A model generated the notes under the pieces. The model saw only the letters and a program-made list of their open reading frames with translations, searched no databases and had not been told where the DNA came from. Shown piece after piece: positions 26,171-32,000 of a stretch of DNA of 34,048 nt. Both the position numbers and the translations under genes were made by a program. Positions within the stretch are counted from its first letter, which is position 1. The number at the start of each line of letters is the position of its first letter. The stretch spans positions 1 through 34,048 of the forward strand of contig WQVB01000001.1 of NCBI GenBank assembly GCA_009781815.1, in the 5' to 3' direction. The DNA is from Defluviitaleaceae bacterium. Lineage in GTDB: Bacteria > Bacillota > Clostridia > Lachnospirales > WRAX01.

Positions 26171-26455
26171 GTCATCAGACCTGTAGCGAAACGACCCTAA
26201 GTCGTCATCCTGAGCTTGACTCAGGATCTAACTGGAGAAGGACGCAGCCCTAAAATATGGCATGCACTACCCCATGTAGATCCTGAGTCAAGCTCAGGAT
26301 GACGTAAGGGGGCACAGTTTTGCTACAGGTCTATTGCGGGCCCTTGGTTGAGCTTGGTTTTAAGCGAAACTTGATCCGCAATCCCCTTTCTAGTCTGAAT
26401 AATTCAGGAAGGAAGGGGATCCTGAATCAAACCTTGCCAAGGGTTCAGGATGACA
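26171..26455. repeat. Composite repeat locus L (last one in the window): F1 unit (26204-26303) inside AGACCTGTAGCGAAAC / GTTTTGCTACAGGTCT arms, then F4 hairpin with a 30-nt insertion (26333-26382), then CCTGAA/TTCAGG hairpin with a 12-nt palindromic insertion
   Basis: Direct reading of inverted repeats. Details are in the findings. Confidence 0.85.
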
Positions 26456-26494
26456 TTGTCAACGCTATTTGGCCACTCTTTTAAATAAACCCTA

Positions 26495-26523
26495 TTGAAA
26501 ATATACACTAGATATGGTACAGT
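26495..26523 (+). promoter_or_regulatory. Putative promoter of the small toxin-like ORF
   Basis: TTGAAA (26495-26500), 17 nt, TGgTACAGT (-10 at 26518-26523). Confidence 0.45.
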
Positions 26524-26586
26524 GTTATCAAGAGCAATCAAAAAAGCAAGGCGGTTGGCGACCCTCCTAAGAAAGGAGGTGATACC

Positions 26587-26694
26587 ATGTCTAATTTTGA
26601 AATCATTTTAGTTGTATTTGGTTCAATAACTATTGTTTTTGAGCTGATAAAGCTTATGATACATATTTTAGATATATTTTCTCAAAGAAAATAA
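26587..26694 (+). CDS. 35-aa hydrophobic peptide, holin-like (Hol-Tox type) type I toxin candidate
   Basis: ATG 26587 has AAGGAGG 7 nt upstream. The peptide MSNFEIILVVFGSITIVFELIKLMIHILDIFSQRK ends at TAA 26692-26694. It has one TM helix and a basic tail, and is below the ORF-track size cut-off. Confidence 0.55.
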   Translation: MSNFEIILVVFGSITIVFELIKLMIHILDIFSQRK

Positions 26695-26764
26695 CCGCCC
26701 TGGCGAGGTAACGGTTATTTCATAATATCCAATACTTGAAGCCAACCGCTTTGCGATTGCTCTT
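26685..26764 (-). ncRNA. Predicted ~80-nt antisense RNA (candidate type I antitoxin)
   Basis: It is bounded by the minus-strand promoter at 26771-26799 and by the hairpin plus U-tract at 26720-26684. It is complementary to the toxin stop codon and 3' UTR. This is a prediction only. Confidence 0.4.
26689..26720 (-). terminator. Hairpin AAATAACCG / CGGTTATTT followed on the minus strand by UUUUCUUU
   Basis: 9-bp stem (26689-26697 with 26712-26720) and a 14-nt loop. The U-rich tract is present only in the minus-strand reading. Confidence 0.45.
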
Positions 26765-26769
26765 TTTAT
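26741..26769 (+). terminator. Imperfect hairpin plus T-run, probable 3' end of the toxin mRNA
   Basis: GCCAACCGC-TTT-GCGATTGC followed by TCTTTTTATT. Confidence 0.35.
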
Positions 26770-26770
26770 T

Positions 26771-26799
26771 ATTATATCAAAAACATTTCACATATGCAA
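26771..26799 (-). promoter_or_regulatory. Near-consensus sigma-A promoter facing the toxin 3' end
   Basis: Minus strand reads TTGCAT (26799-26794), 17 nt, TATAAT (26776-26771). It lies just downstream of the deacetylase stop, with no ORF behind it. Confidence 0.5.
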
Positions 26800-26822
26800 G
26801 ATATTTTTTAAGCCACTCTAAA

Positions 26823-27587
26823 CTAAAGTGGTATTTGCCTTCCAGCATGGTCAAGCTTATAACCATCACGCATTATAAGGTCGCTTACCGTTATAAAGCT
26901 ATAGCCCTCATTTTTAAGGTCTGCCATTATTTTGCGAAGGGCAATGGGCGTTTCAGGTATATCACAATGAAAAAGGATGATAGAGCCATTTTGCAAGTTT
27001 TTGTGCTTTAACACCCGCTCTGTCATGGCCTCTGGCGTTGGTCTTTTCCAATCCAAACTATCCACATCCCATTGTATTGTGTGGTAGTTTATAGACTCCG
27101 CCGCTTTTAGCACCGTGTCGTTAAACTCGCCATAAGGCGGGCGGTAAAGGTCCATCTCTATGCCAAGCACCCCTAGCACACGGGTGTGGGCTGCGGCTAT
27201 CTCTTCCACATTTTGCTCAAAGTTAAGCTTTGCCACATGGGCATGGGTGTCGCCGTGGTTGGCTATGCAATGGCCCGCTTCGTAAAATTTGCGTAAAGCA
27301 TCGGGGTATTTATCAACCCAATACCCACACACAAAAAACGTAGCCTTTGCGTCAAACTCATCTAAAATCTCGATTAGCGTGTCGGTGTCATCTGCCCCCC
27401 ATGCGGCGTTTAGGGTGATAGCAACCACCTTTTCATCCGTTTGGGTTGAAAAGATAGGCAGCATCTTTTCCGCCCCAAACACATTTTGTATGGTGGGGGC
27501 TATCAATATTAAAGCCAAAAGGGCAACGGCCATCCCCACTATGATTTTTGTCATTTTGATGGGGTTAAATTCTCTATTTCTAATCAT
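26823..27587 (-). CDS. Polysaccharide deacetylase (NodB domain), PdaB-like
   Basis: N-terminal TM anchor, then VAITLNAAWGADDT, KATFFVCGYW, ANHGDTHAH, RPPYGE and ILFHCD. The start is set at ATG 27587, which has GAGGTG 6 nt upstream (the track start is a GTG 9 nt further up). Confidence 0.8.
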   Translation of the reverse strand: MIRNREFNPIKMTKIIVGMAVALLALILIAPTIQNVFGAEKMLPIFSTQTDEKVVAITLNAAWGADDTDTLIEILDEFDAKATFFVCGYWVDKYPDALRKFYEAGHCIANHGDTHAHVAKLNFEQNVEEIAAAHTRVLGVLGIEMDLYRPPYGEFNDTVLKAAESINYHTIQWDVDSLDWKRPTPEAMTERVLKHKNLQNGSIILFHCDIPETPIALRKIMADLKNEGYSFITVSDLIMRDGYKLDHAGRQIPL

Positions 27588-27675
27588 ATCTTTCACCTCA
27601 AATATTAATTTCTATTGCTTCTAAATTAATATTCCAAAACAGCGAAAAAATATGACAAGTTTATATTTTGATACA

Positions 27676-27891
27676 TTAAATCGAGGCTTTTAGGAGTTCA
27701 TCTACATATTCTATAGCTTTCTGTTTGCTGTCGCCCGTCAATTTTGAAAAATTTCTATAGAAAACTTGGCTTTTCTCTATCTCTTCATCAGCAAGGTCTA
27801 TGGCGTTATAATTTAAGGATATGTTGCCTTTTTCGTGCTCTACAGCTTCGTGGCAAGCCGCCATCAGCTCATCAAATAATTCTTTTTCCAT
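27676..27891 (-). CDS. Hypothetical 71-aa acidic protein
   Basis: The start is taken as MEKELFDELMAACHEAVEHEKG... because the track's upstream ATG lies inside the terminator hairpin at 27912-27941. No family was recognised. Confidence 0.4.
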   Translation of the reverse strand: MEKELFDELMAACHEAVEHEKGNISLNYNAIDLADEEIEKSQVFYRNFSKLTGDSKQKAIEYVDELLKASI

Positions 27892-27911
27892 ATTATAACC
27901 ATCCCTACAAT

Positions 27912-27941
27912 AAAAACTCGACATATTTATGCCGAGTTTTT
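27912..27941 (-). terminator. Hairpin terminator after the YbjQ-like gene
   Basis: AAAAACTCG (27912-27920) pairs with CGAGTTTTT (27933-27941), with a 12-nt loop and T/A runs on both sides. Confidence 0.5.
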
Positions 27942-27943
27942 AT

Positions 27944-28183
27944 TTACACAAATCTAACAGCCGTACCTGTGGCTAAAATACATCTACCATCACCCACAAA
28001 AGAATAGCGAATGTTTATAACGGCATCTGCTCTCATCTCTTTTGCTTTTTCTTCTATATTTGTATTTACTTTACCTATAATCTTGTCAAGGTCAAAACGC
28101 AAGCCAGCTAGATAACTTCCATTTACAATGCCTATAGTTTCAAGGTTTTTACCTGTTACAAAATCCGTGTTCACTAAAATCAT
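27944..28183 (-). CDS. YbjQ/UPF0145-family protein, unusually short
   Basis: MILVNTDFVTGKNLETIGIVNG...ADAVINIRYSF....ILATGTAV matches both ends of the UPF0145 fold, but the middle is shortened. AGGAGA lies 6 nt before ATG 28183. Confidence 0.55.
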   Translation of the reverse strand: MILVNTDFVTGKNLETIGIVNGSYLAGLRFDLDKIIGKVNTNIEEKAKEMRADAVINIRYSFVGDGRCILATGTAVRFV

Positions 28184-28185
28184 GA

Positions 28186-28536
28186 TCATTCTCCTTTTCG
28201 CAATATTTTATCCATAGCCTTGCCCTTGGCAAGCTCATCTATTAATTTGTCTAATTGGCGGATTTTTTGCATTAGCGGCTCTTCAATCTCCTCTATGCGA
28301 TAGCCACAAATAACGCCCCTTATAAGGTGGGCGTTAGGGTGTAATTGAGGGGCGTTGGCAAAAAAATCCTCAAAAGTGGTTTGGTTGTCCATTGTAACTT
28401 GCAAGGCATTAGTATCATAACCCGTCAACCATGTGATAATCTCGTCAACTTCGCCTTTTGTTCGCCCATTTTTCTCGGCCTTTGTTATGTAGTGAGGGTA
28501 GAGATACTCGCATAGCTTACGCACCCAATAAATCAA
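28186..28536 (-). CDS. DUF2200-family protein (no ATG; TTG start without SD, possibly 5'-truncated)
   Basis: [29 protein letters not shown] is the DUF2200 core. The only in-frame start is TTG 28536. The upstream frame is open but lacks an ATG or a ribosome-binding site. Confidence 0.55.
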   Translation of the reverse strand: MIYWVRKLCEYLYPHYITKAEKNGRTKGEVDEIITWLTGYDTNALQVTMDNQTTFEDFFANAPQLHPNAHLIRGVICGYRIEEIEEPLMQKIRQLDKLIDELAKGKAMDKILRKGE

Positions 28537-28605
28537 TGAGAAAACAGGCCAGTGAAACTCAAGAGCAAGACAACTCTAAAATTATGAATATTGGAGGATT
28601 TTCAC

Positions 28606-28932
28606 ATGAGCCAAGCAACCAACAACCATACTGTTTTTGCTGAAACACCAGCCGCCGAATATTTATCAAAATACGGCATGATGCGACGCAACTACCTCGA
28701 AGAATATCAGCCTGACCTTTACGCCGAACTGCTTCGCAATGGGGAGCTGAAATCCCATTGCTTAGAAATTCAGCAAATAGCCGAAAACAGGCTTAAAAAC
28801 ATGATGAGGCAATTTGCAACTCATAACCCACCCCCAAACCGCAACACAGATGGGCTTGCGTGGGCTGCTCATATGAGTATGCTCAAGCGTTCAGTTGAGG
28901 AAATTATCTTTGTGGAGCTGATTTACGAATAA
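28606..28932 (+). CDS. tnpV: TnpV-family transposon-associated protein (Tn4451/Tn4453 type)
   Basis: ATG 28606 has GGAGG 8 nt upstream. YLEEYQPDLYAELLRNGELKSHCLEIQQIAENRL...GLAWAAHMSMLKRSVEEIIFVELIY follows the TnpV pattern (LL.SG.L..YL.....A....; W...MN.I......I...E.I). Confidence 0.65.
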   Translation: MSQATNNHTVFAETPAAEYLSKYGMMRRNYLEEYQPDLYAELLRNGELKSHCLEIQQIAENRLKNMMRQFATHNPPPNRNTDGLAWAAHMSMLKRSVEEIIFVELIYE

Positions 28933-28965
28933 TTTACGCTTATTGAAGTAAACCTTTTATTATCA

Positions 28966-29005
28966 AAGAAAACGCTATCAGCCGAAAAGCCGATAGCGTT
29001 TTTTG
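28966..29005. terminator. Bidirectional rho-independent terminator between tnpV and the helicase gene
   Basis: AACGCTATCaGC-CGAAAA-GCcGATAGCGTT, flanked by AAAGAAAA on the left and TTTTTT on the right. Confidence 0.75.
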
Positions 29006-29010
29006 GTGTG

Positions 29011-32000
29011 TTATGAATCATCTCTCAGATAATACTCGCTCAAACGCTTATAGTGTTCAGGGATTTCAATGCCATTGTCGTGGGCATATCTATATTCCCA
29101 ACGAGTTCCGCACTCGTACTTCTGTGAAAATGCCCTAAGTTCATTCCAAGTACGAACTGCGCTTAAATCTTGTTGCTTTGCTTCATTCAATCGTCGCTTG
29201 TGTTCGTTGATAACATCGGTTTGGACTTTGAGTTTGCCATCTGATTCTTCTGTAACAAAACCTCGTTTTTCTAACCATCTAAGTGCAATTTCAAATCTTT
29301 CTTTGATAACCGCACCTTGCCGTTGCCAACCATAACCATATAAAGCTGTGTCCTTGAATAGTCCTGTTTTATCAAGTCCGAAGTCTGATTGAAGCACGTT
29401 AAACATTGTGTTTATTGTATCATTTGCGGGTATGTCCTTCATTTGACTTCCGTAGTATTTCGACCTTACGGCAATTACTTTTTGACGAGCACCTTCTCTT
29501 GCGCTTTCATGAGCTGTTTGGGTGCTGACATCTAAAAAATCGGAGGCCTTGGCGGTCGGCACAGAAGAAGCAGGCATAACTTCACGATACCCATCAATGG
29601 CATTTTGAACAGCTTCCAATAATCGCGCTCCCTCGGTATGGCGGTCTTTTATCCAGTCGGTAGACCAAATACGATAAATTTTCCAGCCCATATCTTCAAG
29701 TACGGTTTGGCGAAGCCTGTCACGCTCTCTTGCCGTTCGTGCGGAGTGATACATCGCACCATCACACTCAATTCCAATGGCAAACCTTCCGTTGTATTTA
29801 GGGTGCTTAACAGCCATATCAATGCGATACCCAGAACAGCCAATTTGCGTGGCTACATCATAACCGTGACTGGTAAGGAACTCATGTACCGACACTTCAA
29901 ATGGCGAATCAAACCACAAATCATCACTTGTCGAAATTTCTCCAAGTATAGCCTGTTCACCGTTTATAGCAAAGTCGATATACTGTCGTAATAGTTTGGG
30001 ACCAAGGCTATTAACACGATCAGCAGCTATGTCTGTAGGCAAAATCGACCCAACAAGTTTTAAGTTATATCTCGCCCTTGTAACTGCAACGTTAAGTCTG
30101 CGTTCACCGCCATTACGACTTAATGGCCCAAAATTCATAGCAAATTTTCCTGTAATATCAGGAGCATAACCTATACTAAAAATTATTGTGTCGCGCTCGT
30201 CACCTTGAACTGTTTCGAGATTCTTAATAAATAAAGATTCCTCTTCGCCCTCCTTGAAAAATACTTCGAAGTCCCAATTTTTACGGCGTTTTTCTTCAAT
30301 CGCTTCCGTGATGGCAGCTTCTTGAACTTTTCCGAAGGCAATGATACCCAGACTTCTCTCAGGGCTTGTTCGAAAATGTTCAAAAACAAGTTCAGCTATT
30401 TTTTCTGCTTCGGCTCTATTACCGTTTTTCCCGCCTTTATCGTAAGTTCCACCAACTACATGAATATATTCAACACCCATACCACTAACTTTTTCGGAAG
30501 CAGATGGAAAAGTGGTTAGGGTACTTTGATATATTTTGGCGTTAGAAAATGCAATTAAATGTTCATGACGGCTTCGATAATGCCAAAGGAGTGTTTGTGA
30601 GGGTAACATTGATGCTTCTTCTAACAATGATTCGTATGCTCCTGTATCGTCAACTTCGCCATCTTCATCTTCCTCGTATTCATCGGATGTTGACAACGAG
30701 GATGTAAAGAAATCCGTTGGTGGTAACTGCTTACTATCACCTGCTATAATTACTTGCTTTGCTCTGAAAATTGCACCTATCGCATCTTCCGTCCGCACCT
30801 GTGATGCTTCGTCAAAAATAACAACATCAAATTCATAATTGCTATTGCCGAGATACGTGCTTATGGATAGCGGTGACATCATAACACAAGGCTTTAAGGC
30901 AGGAAGAAGATTGGGCAAATTAGCAATTAGCAGCCGTGTGGGCATCAATTTTCGCTGTTTTGCCATTTCACGGCGCAATAAAGCAATTTCACCGTTTGCT
31001 GAAAAGGCATCAAAATTAGGCAAGCGTGAAATTAGCTTGGAAAACACCATTGCTTTTGAAATTTCTAAATGCTGCTTGTCAAGGTCACGGAATAGAGCAA
31101 CCCTTTCATCTTGCCTTAAACGCCTAAAATCATGGATTGATGAATACTTAGGTATAACCGCATCTAACCACGAACGGAAAAAGCATTTTTTGAAGATTGG
31201 TACAATTTCTTCGGCTGTCAACTCGAGTTCCTTTGCTTTTTCGAGGTACGAATCAATGCTTAAATCGGCAAGCCATTTTTCTGCAATCCTAAAGTCTATA
31301 AGATACTCCAAACTCGCAAAGTTTTCCTTGCAGTTTTGCAAGGTTTCCATGAGCTTAGCCAAAACATAGTACCGTAAACCTTGTTTAGCTTCAAACAACT
31401 GCGCAAACTTGTCAAACGAAGGCATAGTTGCAATTTGCCAATTGCGAAGATTTGATATGTTTTCGTCCATCGAATTTCGGAGTTCATCGTTGTTTTCTGA
31501 AACTAATTTAATGAAACGTGACCCTAAACTATATTCTTTAACAAACTGCTTCATTTGGCCACACCATTCCAAATCAAATTTCAACTTAGAAAAATCAGTC
31601 TGGTCGTTAATGACAATGCCGAGAAACATAGCAAAATCCTTGTTTCGGTCTTGCATGGTGCTTTCATTTTTAGCCAGTTGAGAGCGATACCCCGATTCTG
31701 CTTGCTCCATAGCTGTAAAAAGCAATTGACGAGCGAATGCAAAATTGCTTTCAGCATTTGTCTTAGCGGAGCGGAAACCCGGTTCTGTATTTGTTATAGC
31801 AAACAATAGCCCCTCAATGCTTTCATTATAGGCAGACTTAACAGAAGCCAATAAATTCACATAGTCCGACAAATCCTGTTCGGCCTTTGCCATTTCTAAT
31901 TCGTCGGATTTATGCTTGGCTTCGGCATTAACAACGGTCTTTGTCTGCAACTCAAAGGCATTTTTCTTTAATAGGGCATCATTCGCATTATCAAGCAAAG

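Noticed and set aside
1546-26455. Palindromic ~25-nt repeats separated by 40-48-nt spacers looked superficially like CRISPR repeats
   Set aside because: The repeats occur as inverted pairs, not direct arrays. Only two occur per unit. The spacers are conserved between copies, the units are dispersed in both orientations, and no cas genes are present.
26736-27011. 91-aa plus-strand ORF
   Set aside because: It starts in the toxin 3' UTR and terminator region and runs antisense into the NodB deacetylase gene. It has no SD and no recognisable motifs.
27892-27924. Upstream ATG giving the 82-aa version of the small acidic protein
   Set aside because: That ATG lies inside the terminator hairpin 27912-27941 that follows the YbjQ-like gene. 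The downstream ATG at 27891 was preferred, with low certainty.
30839-31369. 176-aa plus-strand ORF, and about a dozen other 60-117-aa ORFs on either strand inside 29011-34008
   Set aside because: All are embedded in the continuous helicase-nuclease reading frame, which carries ordered helicase motifs. They are shadow ORFs.
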